Below are positions 17,591 through 26,809 of a stretch of DNA of 61,268 nucleotides, piece by piece. Origin of the DNA: an uncultured archaeon (GTDB taxonomy: Archaea; Aenigmatarchaeota; Aenigmatarchaeia; QMZS01). The notes below the pieces were generated by a model, which had not been told where the DNA came from, did not search any database, and was given only the letters and a program-made list of their open reading frames with translations. The stretch spans positions 5,841-67,108 of the forward strand of contig CAZJKT010000002.1 in the NCBI GenBank assembly GCA_964547015.1. The letters run 5' to 3'. A program made the position numbers and the translations under genes. Numbering within the stretch: position 1 is the first letter of the stretch; each line of letters starts with the position of its first letter.

Positions 17591-18316
17591 ATGGAGAGCG
17601 AAGATAAGGAAAACGATACAAACGAAGAAAAGGAAGACGAAAGGTATATCATAGTAGCGCCCGGAAGCCTTCTTGCCACAAGCGAAAAAATGGGCGAAGG
17701 AGTATTCACTCTAAACGGCAAAACCTATTCAAAATACCTCGGAATCGTAAAAAAGACCGACTACAAGACTTCAGTCGTGCCATTTAACCAAAATTATAGG
17801 GCAAAAAGGGAAGACAAAGTAATCGGCCAGATAAAGGATTTCAAGCACCCGTTCTGGATTGTGGACATTTTTGCGTCGTCAAACGGCTACCTTTTTGTAA
17901 AAGAGGTAAATGCCCGCACAACAAGGCAGGACCAGCTTATGAACATGTTCAAGCCCGGAAGCTGGATATTCGCCGATGTATGCGAGATAACCGACAGGGT
18001 AAAATTGTCCATGCGCGGGCGGGACTCCAAAATCCTAAAAGGGGGGCGAATAATCACAATATCGCCTTCAAAGATTCCAAGGGTGATAGGAAAAAAGGGC
18101 AGCATGATGAAAATCCTTCAGGACAAAACCGGATGCCACATAAAAACAGGGCAGAACGGGCTTATCTGGATTGAAGGGGAAAACACCGACCTTGCCGTAA
18201 AGGCAATACAAAAGATAGAGAGAGAAGCCCATATTAAAGGGCTTACAGACAGGATTGTTGAGATGCTTGACAGCGAAATTATATCAAAAGAGGTGAAAGA
18301 AAATGCCACTGATTGA
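17591..18316 (+). CDS. rrp4: exosome complex RNA-binding subunit Rrp4 (S1 + KH)
   Basis: The S1-like segment (DKVIGQIKD...WIVDI) and the KH segment (IPRVIGKKGSMMKILQDKTGCHIKTGQNGLIWI) fit Rrp4. Confidence 0.8.
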   Translation: MESEDKENDTNEEKEDERYIIVAPGSLLATSEKMGEGVFTLNGKTYSKYLGIVKKTDYKTSVVPFNQNYRAKREDKVIGQIKDFKHPFWIVDIFASSNGYLFVKEVNARTTRQDQLMNMFKPGSWIFADVCEITDRVKLSMRGRDSKILKGGRIITISPSKIPRVIGKKGSMMKILQDKTGCHIKTGQNGLIWIEGENTDLAVKAIQKIEREAHIKGLTDRIVEMLDSEIISKEVKENATD

Positions 18317-19001
18317 AAACGGAAAACGGTTTGACGGAAGAGACTTGGGCGAACTAAGGCCCCTTAACGCAACTTTAAACCCTGTTAAAAACGCAGGGGG
18401 CTCAGCGATGTTTCAGATGGGCGACACCATTGCCGTAGCAACAGTTTACGGCCCAATGGAGGTAATACCCGCTTTTATGGAAAAAAGCGACCGGGCAATA
18501 ATTGATGTCAACTATCAGATGCTCCCTTTCTCGACAGACGACCGAAACAGGCCGGGATTTTCAAGGAGAAACGTTGAGATATCCCTCCTAATCCAAAGGG
18601 TATTTGAAAGCGCAGTATTTGTGGAAGATATGCCGCGAAGCAAAATCCTAATAAACATAGAAATACTTTGCGCCGATGCTTCAACAAGATGCGCGGCAAT
18701 AAATGCGGCTTCCCTTGCTTTAGCTGCCGCAGGAATACCTATGAAGGATTGTGTGGCAAGCTGCGCCGCAGGGATTGTTGAGGGCCAGGTTGTTTTGGAT
18801 GTTGCCGGAAAGGAAGACACAGAAGGCGATGTGGACATGCCAATTGCTTACATGCCTTTGACAGATGAAGTATTACTTCTTCAGATGGACGGCATAATAA
18901 CAAAAGAGCAGTTCAGCCAGATGACTTCAATGTGTATCGAAGGGTGCAAAAAGATTCACGACTTCCAGAAGAAAGTCCTTCTTGACTATAAGAAGGAGTA
19001 A
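18303..19001 (+). CDS. rrp41: exosome complex exonuclease Rrp41 (RNase PH)
   Basis: RFDGRDLGELRPL..., GSAMFQMGDTIAVATVYGP and the RNase PH domains. It overlaps rrp4 by 14 nt. Confidence 0.85.
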   Translation: MPLIENGKRFDGRDLGELRPLNATLNPVKNAGGSAMFQMGDTIAVATVYGPMEVIPAFMEKSDRAIIDVNYQMLPFSTDDRNRPGFSRRNVEISLLIQRVFESAVFVEDMPRSKILINIEILCADASTRCAAINAASLALAAAGIPMKDCVASCAAGIVEGQVVLDVAGKEDTEGDVDMPIAYMPLTDEVLLLQMDGIITKEQFSQMTSMCIEGCKKIHDFQKKVLLDYKKE

Positions 19002-19067
19002 ATATTTTTGATTAGTTTTGGTTTTGGATAGATTTTTTGAAGTATTGGCTATATGCCGGCTTTAGAA

Positions 19068-19472
19068 CTATAACTTGTTATGAAATAGCGGGTCATCTTC
19101 AGGATAAATTGGCGGGAAACCATCTTTTTCATCACCAACAATAAGGCTATGCTCATTATCATAACCGCCCACCTCAATCCTTAGGTCATCTAAATGTAAA
19201 TTATAGGAGTTTAGAAGACTTTTATAGTAGCGGACCTCTTCTTCTGGATATAGGCGGATTAGCTCGGAATAGCTATTAATAACCGCCTCTGAATCACACA
19301 AGGCTCGGTTTAGTTTTATAATCGTATTGCTATCCTGAGGTTGGTTCTTTGCCTCTATAAGATATAGGTGTACCTGACGGAAGGACTGTTCAACTTTCCC
19401 CCCATAGGAGTTTAGATTATCTCTCAAAACCAATCCAGACAAGCCAGGGTCCTTTTCACGACTTTGAAACAT
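19068..19472 (-). CDS. hypothetical protein
   Basis: ORF with the SD-like AGGTGGT leader shared with 8143. No recognisable motif. Confidence 0.45.
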   Translation of the reverse strand: MFQSREKDPGLSGLVLRDNLNSYGGKVEQSFRQVHLYLIEAKNQPQDSNTIIKLNRALCDSEAVINSYSELIRLYPEEEVRYYKSLLNSYNLHLDDLRIEVGGYDNEHSLIVGDEKDGFPPIYPEDDPLFHNKL

Positions 19473-19524
19473 CTAAACCACCTAATTTTAATAGCCTGCA
19501 AAATTATAAATATTTTTCTGTAAT
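19473..19524 (-). promoter_or_regulatory. promoter/5'-leader cassette, near-duplicate of 8144-8198
   Basis: See 8144-8198. The plus strand reads CTAAACCACCTAATTTTAATAGCCTGCAAAATTATAAATATTTTTCTG. Confidence 0.4.
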
Positions 19525-19613
19525 GGATTAAACATACAAAAGTATCCCTCTACTGCAATTGACGAGTTTTCCCCCAAAATTCAGCCCTTATTAAAAATTG
19601 CCCCATTAAAGTT

Positions 19614-19934
19614 ATGTTCCCAAACATGAACCCAAAACAGCTTGAAAAAATGGCCCGGCAAATGGGCATGCAGGTTGAGTCTATCGAGGCGACCGAAGTA
19701 ATTATTAAGTCCCCCGGCGGCGATATTGTTGTCAAAAACCCTCAGGTCTCAAAAGTCCGAATGGGGACAACCGAAACCCTCCAGGTCATGGGCGATTTTG
19801 TAAAAGAAGATGAAGGCAAAGCTGAGGATATAAAAATTCTGATGGAAAAGGTAGGGGTAACTGAAGAGCGGGCAAAAGAGCTTTTGGCGGAAACCGGCGA
19901 CCTTATTTCTGCGATAAAGAGGGCAAAAGAATGA
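19614..19934 (+). CDS. nac: nascent polypeptide-associated complex protein (NAC alpha-like, with UBA tail)
   Basis: NPKQLEKMARQMGMQVESIEATEVIIK...VKNPQVSKVRMGTTETLQVMG is the NAC domain. The C-terminus (VTEERAKELLAETGDLISAI) is UBA-like. Confidence 0.8.
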   Translation: MFPNMNPKQLEKMARQMGMQVESIEATEVIIKSPGGDIVVKNPQVSKVRMGTTETLQVMGDFVKEDEGKAEDIKILMEKVGVTEERAKELLAETGDLISAIKRAKE

Positions 19935-20539
19935 TTTTAGTTATTATAGGCCCACCGGCTTCAGGAAAAGGCACTACCGCTGTCCGAATCGCAAAAAATT
20001 ACGGTCTTGAACATATCGCAACAGGCGACATTTTCAGAAACCTTGATGACGAAGAAATCGCAAAATACCTTATTTCAGGCCGCCTGCTTCCTGACGAGCT
20101 TGTCGCAAAGGCGGTAAACAGGGAAATGGGGGGCAAAAAAAACCTTGTGCTTGACGGCTATCCCCGAAATGTTGCCCAGGCAAAGCTCCTTGACAGCTTT
20201 TTGGAGTCGGAAGGGCAAAAAGTGGATAGGGTGATTTATCTCGACACTAGCGAAGAAACCGTTATTCGGAGGATGACAAACCGAAGGATTTGCCCAAAAT
20301 GCGGCAAGGTATACAATCTGGCCACACTTCCCCCTCCAAAGCCCGGAACCTGCGAGTGCGGCGGCGAGCTTATCCAAAGGGATGATGACAAAGAGCAGAC
20401 AATAAGGGATAGGATAGGAGTTTTTAACCAGCACACAAAGCCTGTTCTTGAGCACTACGAAGAAAAGGTGCTTAAAATTGACGGAAATAATGAAATCGAC
20501 AAGATAATGGAAGATATTGGAAAAGGATTGGAAGAATAG
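19931..20539 (+). CDS. adk: adenylate kinase (long, zinc-lid type)
   Basis: P-loop IIGPPASGKGT and a lid with CPKCGKVYN...CECGG. The ATGA overlaps the end of nac. Confidence 0.85.
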   Translation: MILVIIGPPASGKGTTAVRIAKNYGLEHIATGDIFRNLDDEEIAKYLISGRLLPDELVAKAVNREMGGKKNLVLDGYPRNVAQAKLLDSFLESEGQKVDRVIYLDTSEETVIRRMTNRRICPKCGKVYNLATLPPPKPGTCECGGELIQRDDDKEQTIRDRIGVFNQHTKPVLEHYEEKVLKIDGNNEIDKIMEDIGKGLEE

Positions 20540-21349
20540 CTAAGCATAACATTCCGTGGCGATTAAGCTCTGCATTCTCTCCCTGACTATTCGGTCAAGC
20601 TCAATATATTCCATTGACAGCTCTTCTAAGGCACTCAGAATCTGAGGTGTGTAGCCGTCTTTAACAAGCTTGGACACCACATTATATTTAGCGCCCCTAA
20701 CAATTTCTTCGCTCCCCAGAGGATAAAATTCTGCGCCTTTAGGAAAATTTTTAGCCAAATGGCCTATAATACTGCAGGTTTTGTCCTCAAGGGAAACCGG
20801 GGGCTGAAATCCGCACACTTCAATTAAGCCCGGAAGGACAGCATCTATATGCTCAGTCCTTCCTGCAATATAATCCTTTGGTTCCGGATGCAATTTTGAA
20901 TCAACTGCAAGATATACCGGATACCTGAAGAAATTTGGTTCCTCATTTGAAGCATTTAGGGTAGGCCCATACAATATCTCCAAAGGATATACACTTATGC
21001 TTCCTCTCGTGTCTGCAAAAGGGAGCCCAAAAATATTCAGGGGAGCCTCATGGTCAGTTAAGCAAAACCTCATAAGCATAAGCTCACCATAGGCTTCGCC
21101 ACTATCAGGACTGCAAGAAAGCCTTTCAGGATATTTTTCAAGGTAGAAAATTGTATTTATCAGACCAAAAACCTTATGGCTCACCCCGGTCTCTTCTATA
21201 AAAAGATTAAGTATTTCATCAGCCTTTGTCTTTCTTTCCCTAAGCAAATTATCAGAATGCATTATTTCTAAATATTGTTCGGTTTGCCATCCATCCAAAG
21301 GCCCCTTAAAATAGTCTTGACAGCCCATAATCCAAAATTTAGCAAACAC
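20540..21349 (-). CDS. hypothetical protein
   Basis: Long ORF with normal-looking composition and no recognisable motif. Confidence 0.5.
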   Translation of the reverse strand: MFAKFWIMGCQDYFKGPLDGWQTEQYLEIMHSDNLLRERKTKADEILNLFIEETGVSHKVFGLINTIFYLEKYPERLSCSPDSGEAYGELMLMRFCLTDHEAPLNIFGLPFADTRGSISVYPLEILYGPTLNASNEEPNFFRYPVYLAVDSKLHPEPKDYIAGRTEHIDAVLPGLIEVCGFQPPVSLEDKTCSIIGHLAKNFPKGAEFYPLGSEEIVRGAKYNVVSKLVKDGYTPQILSALEELSMEYIELDRIVRERMQSLIATECYA

Positions 21350-21386
21350 TTAAAAGTAACAATTGTAGTATCGGCAATTGCCTAAT

Positions 21387-21698
21387 TTATTCTTCAGTTT
21401 CTCCGGTGTCTGCGGCTTTCCTTGCCTTGTCCGCGAGGTACTTGAGCCTCTGCACCCGAATAAGCCTATCGCAAGCTCCGCACTTTATTGAAAAAGGTCT
21501 TTTAAACATCTTTTTTGTATATTCATAGTGGCCGCAGTAAGGGCAAATATATTCGACATGAGCCTCATCCTCACCTTTTACCAATAGGACCCTTATTTTG
21601 CCCCCATTTTCAAGGCTTCTTTGGGTGTGGTACCCGCTCTCTGAAGGGCCGATATTTTTTTCGCTTATTAGCTTTTGGATTTTTCCGAAGTCTGCCAT
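21387..21698 (-). CDS. small zinc-ribbon protein
   Basis: Trimmed to the internal start MADFGKIQ (ATG at 21698-21696). It carries CPYCGH...CGAC. The track ORF extends to 21935 only by reading through tRNA-Ile. Confidence 0.5.
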   Translation of the reverse strand: MADFGKIQKLISEKNIGPSESGYHTQRSLENGGKIRVLLVKGEDEAHVEYICPYCGHYEYTKKMFKRPFSIKCGACDRLIRVQRLKYLADKARKAADTGETEE

Positions 21699-21743
21699 AT
21701 TATTCTTACACGCAAATACTATAAATCCCAGTATAATCAAAAA

Positions 21744-21951
21744 TGGACCAGGCAAGATTCGAATTCGCAGGAACCCTCTTTCGCCAAATTCACGGTAATA
21801 TCCTGCGGAGCAGGAATTACTTTCTTGGGATTGAACACTTTCTTTCTCTGAAATAAAGGGCTCACTTGCGACCTCCACGTTATCAGCGTGGCGCTCTAAT
21901 TGCCCGGCGCCCATGCATTCGCAAAGGGCCTCCAAGCTGAGCTACTGGTCC
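21744..21951 (-). tRNA. tRNA-Ile(GAT) with two insertions: about 30 nt in the D-loop and 101 nt in the T-loop (about position 53/54)
   Basis: Hand fold of the minus strand: acceptor GGACCAG/CTGGTCC, D-stem GCTC/GAGC enclosing a 42-nt 'loop', anticodon arm CCACG-CTGATAA-CGTGG, variable AGGTC. T-stem GCAAG (21869-21865) and CTTGC (21756-21752), with the T-loop TTCGAAT preceded by the insertion 21864-21764. Discriminator A. Confidence 0.75.
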
Positions 21952-21972
21952 ATAAAATACACTGGATTAAAA

Positions 21973-22869
21973 TTACATATTCCTTAATCTCTCAATCCTC
22001 TCATCGGTTGGCGGATGGGTTGACCAGAAAGAGGACTTTTTGGACCTTGAAAACGGATTTGAAATGTAAAGCGAAGCAACGGTTTTTGAGCCTTTTGGCT
22101 TTACCGGAACGCTTTTTTGGATTTTCTCAAGAGCTGAGGCAAGCCCGCCCGGATTTCTTGTCATGTGCGCCCCTGAAGCATCAGCCAGATATTCCCGTTT
22201 TCTTGAAATGGCAAGATGGGTCATGTGGGCAAAGATAGGGGCAAGAATAGCAAATAAAATGCCAAGGAGAATGAGATAGATATGTTTTCCCTCCCTGCTA
22301 GAGCCGCCTCCCCACAAAAAAGACCGCAAAAGAATCTCTGAAATTAATGCAATCGAGCCGACAACCCCAATAGTAACTGTTGCAAGGAGGACATCACGGT
22401 TTTGAATGTGGGCTAATTCGTGGGCAAGCACGCCTTCAAGCTCCTCTCCTGTAAGCTTCTCTAAAGCCCCCATTGTAACGCACACAACGCTGTTTTCAGG
22501 CTTTTTTCCGGTAGCAAAAGCATTTATATCCTGCGTATCCTGAATATAAACCCTAGGCTTAGGGAGCCCTGAAGCAATGCAAAGCTCCTCCACCTTATTG
22601 TCAAGGAGCTTTTCCTGCCTGACACTTAGGTCAACAGGCCTTGCCCCTGAAGCCTTAATAACCGCCTCAACAGAGAACCGATAGGACATCAAAATATATA
22701 CAAGCGCAATAGGGATACCAATAACTGTCGCGTAAAGAGGCTCGCCAAACCAGATATAGCCCATCACAGAGATTACCCCAAACAGGAGAATAAACATCAG
22801 GGCGCAGATAATTACGGTGTTGCGCTTATTTCTCGAAATCTGATCCTCAAGGAGAAGCCTTTTTGCCAT
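21973..22869 (-). CDS. htpX: HtpX-like M48 zinc metalloprotease
   Basis: HELAHIQNRD (HExxH) and N-terminal TM helices, in the HtpX architecture. Confidence 0.8.
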   Translation of the reverse strand: MAKRLLLEDQISRNKRNTVIICALMFILLFGVISVMGYIWFGEPLYATVIGIPIALVYILMSYRFSVEAVIKASGARPVDLSVRQEKLLDNKVEELCIASGLPKPRVYIQDTQDINAFATGKKPENSVVCVTMGALEKLTGEELEGVLAHELAHIQNRDVLLATVTIGVVGSIALISEILLRSFLWGGGSSREGKHIYLILLGILFAILAPIFAHMTHLAISRKREYLADASGAHMTRNPGGLASALEKIQKSVPVKPKGSKTVASLYISNPFSRSKKSSFWSTHPPTDERIERLRNM

Positions 22870-22908
22870 AACTAAGGTATATAATAAAAATCAAATAGAT
22901 AAAAAAGA

Positions 22909-23457
22909 TTAGAAAGACACTTTAGGGACTTTTCTGTCGGCCTCCTCCGCCTTTAGCATTTCCCGCTCCTTTTTGCCCATTAATTTTGCAAACAGGTTGC
23001 CCGGAATCGCCTCAATAGTGTTATTGAAGAGAAGCACCGAATCGTTGAAGTGCTGCCTTGAGTAGGCCACTTTGTTCTCTGTTGTGGTAAGCTCATCTTG
23101 AAGCTGAAGGAAGTTCTGGCTTGCTTTTAGGTCAGGGTAGTTCTCTGAAACCGCAAAAAGCGACTTTAGAGCCCCCGTAAGCATGTTATCAGCATCAATG
23201 CTTTCTTGAGGGGTTTTTGCGCTCATCAGGGCGGACCTGGCTTTTGTAACATTCTCCAAAACTGTCTTTTCGTGCTTCATATATCCCTTTACTGCCTCCA
23301 TGAGGTTAGGGATAAGGTCTGCCCTCCGCTTAAGCTGGACATCAATCTGCGCCCACGAGTTGTCTATCCGATTCTCAAGCCTGACGATTTTGTTGTAGTA
23401 GTAGACCGAAATCACTAAGAACAGCACTGCCGCAACCGCAATCAATATCGTTTCCAT
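22909..23457 (-). CDS. lemA: LemA-family protein
   Basis: [51 protein letters not shown] is the LemA signature. It is paired with htpX. Confidence 0.8.
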   Translation of the reverse strand: METILIAVAAVLFLVISVYYYNKIVRLENRIDNSWAQIDVQLKRRADLIPNLMEAVKGYMKHEKTVLENVTKARSALMSAKTPQESIDADNMLTGALKSLFAVSENYPDLKASQNFLQLQDELTTTENKVAYSRQHFNDSVLLFNNTIEAIPGNLFAKLMGKKEREMLKAEEADRKVPKVSF

Positions 23458-23513
23458 AACATACTCCTTTAAATAATCTTATCTGTCGCAGGCTTACTGC
23501 CCTAGCCAATCGC

Positions 23514-24161
23514 CTAAAAATCAAGCCCTACAAGAGCCTTTTTTTCCGTGTGGAAGTAATGCTTAACTTCAGAAATCTCCGAAACTAAATCCGCAAGCTT
23601 GATTATGCTTTCAGGGGCATATCTTCCTGTAAGAATTATATGCGTGTTTTTCCGCCTTTCAATAAGGGATATTACTTCCCTCTCGCTGACCAGCTTAAAC
23701 TTTATTGCATACAGCAATTCGTCAAGAACCAAAAGCTTGTGCTTTTGCCCCCTAATAATCTTATTTGCGCACTCCATTCCCTTTTTTGCCTTTTTTTTGT
23801 GGGCCTCAAAAGAGCAGGATTTTAGGGTTGAAGCCACTTTATCTGCGGCAACCTTCTTTGCCGCCTTTTTCTCCTTTTCCCTTTTTATAAGGCTTCCCGA
23901 ACTCACATATTCTATATTTCCGCCGTTAATCCACCCCGTAAGTATGGCCTGAGTTGTGGCAAGAAAATAAGGCGGGCCGTAGAGATAGACGCTTATTAGG
24001 GGGTTATTTTCGAGGAATTTGAATTCCCCCGTCCGCCTCCCCTTCATAAAATGCAGAACCGCAACAGGCTTTCCGTGGCCCGCAAACCTTATGGCATGGC
24101 CAAGGGACGCGGTGGTCTTTCCTTCGCCGTCTCCTGTGTAAACAAGAACTTTTCCGGGCAT
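23514..24161 (-). CDS. cobO: cob(I)yrinic acid a,c-diamide / cob(I)alamin adenosyltransferase (CobA/CobO/BtuR family)
   Basis: VYTGDGEGKTTASLGHAIRFAGHGKPVAVLHFMKG and VLDELLYAI...ILTGRYAP...LADLVSEISEVKH. A lysine-rich insert lies in the middle. Confidence 0.75.
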   Translation of the reverse strand: MPGKVLVYTGDGEGKTTASLGHAIRFAGHGKPVAVLHFMKGRRTGEFKFLENNPLISVYLYGPPYFLATTQAILTGWINGGNIEYVSSGSLIKREKEKKAAKKVAADKVASTLKSCSFEAHKKKAKKGMECANKIIRGQKHKLLVLDELLYAIKFKLVSEREVISLIERRKNTHIILTGRYAPESIIKLADLVSEISEVKHYFHTEKKALVGLDF

Positions 24162-24220
24162 AATGTAATTTGGGAATAAGTATTTGATTGGTTTTTGCTT
24201 ATATAGGCTGAAGGGATATT

Positions 24221-24439
24221 ATGGAAGATTCAGATAAACAGGATACTTGGGACATGGAATATAGCCGTGAATTTCCAGACAAAGAGACAATAAGGCAGCA
24301 TATTAGGGGTCGGACCCGGGGAGACGGAACAGCTATGAGGCACTATCTGGAGCTGGTTGCCACAGAAGAGGATTTAAAAAAGCCAAGAATGTGGGTTTAT
24401 GGGAAGTTTGGGACAGAATATATAGAAGAAATCCCTTAA
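24221..24439 (+). CDS. hypothetical small protein
   Basis: ORF only. Confidence 0.35.
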   Translation: MEDSDKQDTWDMEYSREFPDKETIRQHIRGRTRGDGTAMRHYLELVATEEDLKKPRMWVYGKFGTEYIEEIP

Positions 24440-24463
24440 AAAATATAACTAATTACTTAACTT

Positions 24464-24691
24464 ATGGTAGCACCATATTCCAGTAAGCCCGAATGCAAAG
24501 AACTCACAGAAATAGACCTTTGGAATATAGACCCTCCATCCAGGCACATCTACAGAAAAGAATCGGTAATTGAACAGATAGAAAAATATGGATGTGGGGA
24601 CGATGGCGTACCTCTTGCTATGGGAAGAATCATTACTAGGGATGGCTTCCAAATCTATCGGGAAGCTGTTTTAAGCCGCAGTCTGCCCTAA
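24464..24691 (+). CDS. hypothetical small protein
   Basis: ORF only; in tandem with 24221..24439. Confidence 0.35.
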   Translation: MVAPYSSKPECKELTEIDLWNIDPPSRHIYRKESVIEQIEKYGCGDDGVPLAMGRIITRDGFQIYREAVLSRSLP

Positions 24692-24706
24692 TTGATATTC
24701 CCTTAG

Positions 24707-25552
24707 TTACCCTCTGCCTTTTGCGGCAGCCATTATCAGGTTCGTTATAAATTCAAGACCTCCTCGGCAATGACCCTTTAATGAGGGATCATACTCAGGC
24801 CGATACTCCCAGATGCCGAGCTTATCTATATCTAAAGTGCCTGCAATCCCTAAAACCTCCCTCTTTGTTGCCTTTGCAGGACCATCTGTCTCAGGATATA
24901 CCTTTTTATCTATCAACCTGTCCGTTCCGCCAAGACAATCTATATCTATATCCAGATGATTTGTGGACTGAGGCAATATAGTGCTATCGGCAGATCTTCC
25001 AAAAAGATGCTTATTCTCACATACAAAAAGATTATATACTTCTATATTTTTCAAATTATTCTCAACCCAATTAAGATAAGTTGCATAATTTGGAATTGTC
25101 CTTAATCCCTGGTCTGAATAATCTGCATGATAATCCATCCTGCAAACAACATCCCCGCCACCATATAAAAAAATCGCCCCTAAGTGGCTTGGGCCAATCA
25201 ATACCAATAAGCCATATTCTTTTGACAGTACCTGTATTTTCTCCCTATTGCTCTCAAAAGAGCCGTCCGCTACATCCAGAAAACGAATATTCTCTCTTTT
25301 TAAATAATTTCCCCAATAGGACAGAAATTTAGGGTTTTTAATTGTAGCCAGAGGATAAGGCTCGCCCAATTCAAGTTCACCCAAATCTTCAGCGTAGACC
25401 TCACGCTGTCTCAAATGCGGGATTATCTCTTTTCTTAAGGCGTCGGTAATGCCTGGCAAATATACTGTACGAGACATAGTGCCCCATTCAGGATGGTCAG
25501 TTATCCTTAAATCCTCAGCGGGAACACCTAAAATCCCAATAGACTTGACCAT
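24707..25552 (-). CDS. divergent ureohydrolase-fold (arginase/agmatinase-like) protein
   Basis: The ordered motifs GPSHL, CRMDYHADY, HLDIDIDCLGG and WEYRPEYDP resemble GGDHS, DAHxD, SxDxDxxDP and ExNP of the arginase family, but they are degenerate. Confidence 0.35.
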   Translation of the reverse strand: MVKSIGILGVPAEDLRITDHPEWGTMSRTVYLPGITDALRKEIIPHLRQREVYAEDLGELELGEPYPLATIKNPKFLSYWGNYLKRENIRFLDVADGSFESNREKIQVLSKEYGLLVLIGPSHLGAIFLYGGGDVVCRMDYHADYSDQGLRTIPNYATYLNWVENNLKNIEVYNLFVCENKHLFGRSADSTILPQSTNHLDIDIDCLGGTDRLIDKKVYPETDGPAKATKREVLGIAGTLDIDKLGIWEYRPEYDPSLKGHCRGGLEFITNLIMAAAKGRG

Positions 25553-25570
25553 AATTCAATTAACCTAAAA

Positions 25571-26194
25571 TTACTTCACCCTCAACCCGTTTTTAATATC
25601 CCTCTCGTAAATATTCCCTCCGGGGTCGGACTCCGAAAAGACCTGCGCCCCGAATCTGTAAAGCTCAACAGGCTTTACAACCCATGTGTCGCAGTCAAGC
25701 CCTGCTTTTCTGCAAAGCTCGCAAATATATTCCTTTTTGCTCCATTTCTGCTCAACGGGCACCTGAGGGAGAAAAACCGCGCAGTTGTTGCGCCGCCGGA
25801 TAAAAAGCCCGTCGCGGCCGACCTCAATAAGGCTTAGGTAATCTCTTGGCTCAAACACTGAAAGTTTTTCCATTTGCCCCAAAACAGTAACTTCAAGAGT
25901 TACCTGCTCAAGCTCAAGATTATGCAGGGGGAAAAACCTCGGGTCCTGCGTTGCAGAACAGCTCGCCTCAATCAGGGCATTTAGAAGAGGCTTTTCCGGA
26001 AAAATCGAGCCGATGCATCCCCTAAGGCTTCCCTTAGGATAGGTTAATATTGTGCAAAAAACCCCCCTCTTTTCTGTAAGCCCTCTCGGAACGTCTTTAG
26101 GGGGCCTTAACGGAACAAGATTGTCCAAATAATATTTAATAGAATCTCTTGCCAGGCGAACCAGATACTCGCCGCCCTTAGGTGAAATCTCCAT
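25571..26194 (-). CDS. AMMECR1-domain protein
   Basis: GVFCTI...LRGCIGSIFPEKPLLNALIEASCSATQDPRFFPL is the AMMECR1 signature. Confidence 0.8.
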   Translation of the reverse strand: MEISPKGGEYLVRLARDSIKYYLDNLVPLRPPKDVPRGLTEKRGVFCTILTYPKGSLRGCIGSIFPEKPLLNALIEASCSATQDPRFFPLHNLELEQVTLEVTVLGQMEKLSVFEPRDYLSLIEVGRDGLFIRRRNNCAVFLPQVPVEQKWSKKEYICELCRKAGLDCDTWVVKPVELYRFGAQVFSESDPGGNIYERDIKNGLRVK

Positions 26195-26305
26195 AATTAA
26201 TCCTATAATCCATTATTATCTGTGCTATAGCTGACGGCTCTGTAAAATTTTCCGCCTTGTTTTTTATCCGCCAGACATTCCCTAAATATTATAACTAATG
26301 TAGTT

Positions 26306-26800
26306 ATGGATAATGGCAAGTCCGTTATTTTCCTTCCCCCTTTAAGGGAAAGGTGGGCCCTTGCTTTAGACGGGGGCCATGCTAAAGAGGATATCGGCCC
26401 TAAAGGCCCTATAAAAATTGAATTCAAAGGCCTGCCTATTGAGATTGGCTATGAGGAAGGGGGAGGGGGATGCTCTTTTGTCGGATACCATGACCCCCAT
26501 GTTCATATTGTCCTAAAGGTCGGCGACTTCCATATGGAATGCAAGGAACACTACAGGCCAAAAGAATTCAGCATATTTAACGGCAGAAGAATTTTTGGCG
26601 AGGAAAAGGAGGCGCATTACCGGATTAAAACCCCTGTCGGGACAATCCTCCTTATCCCCAGAGAAAGCCTCTGGGATAAATACTGGACATACACTAAAGG
26701 CCCGAAATGGAAATATGAAAAAAACTGCACCGAATATTTCCTTGTCCTAGGCGCTGAGGAAAGCGAAGCAAAGCACTTTGCAAAGCTCTACGGTAATTGA
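26306..26800 (+). CDS. hypothetical protein
   Basis: ORF only. Confidence 0.4.
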   Translation: MDNGKSVIFLPPLRERWALALDGGHAKEDIGPKGPIKIEFKGLPIEIGYEEGGGGCSFVGYHDPHVHIVLKVGDFHMECKEHYRPKEFSIFNGRRIFGEEKEAHYRIKTPVGTILLIPRESLWDKYWTYTKGPKWKYEKNCTEYFLVLGAEESEAKHFAKLYGN

Positions 26801-26809
26801 ATTTCCTGT

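Noticed and set aside
14432-21743. Duplicated 3' fragments of tRNA-Asp or tRNA-Ile that would mark further islands
   Set aside because: I scanned by eye the flanks on the 3' side of each gene for CCCGGCCAGGGC-like and GGACCAGGCAAG-like strings and found none. Only tRNA-Gly has a convincing distal copy.
21699-21935. N-terminal 79 codons of track ORF 21387..21935 (MEALCECMGAGQLERHADNVEVASEPF...)
   Set aside because: This part of the frame reads through the minus-strand tRNA-Ile(GAT) gene at 21744-21951. The zinc-ribbon protein has a good internal start at 21698, so the ORF was trimmed.
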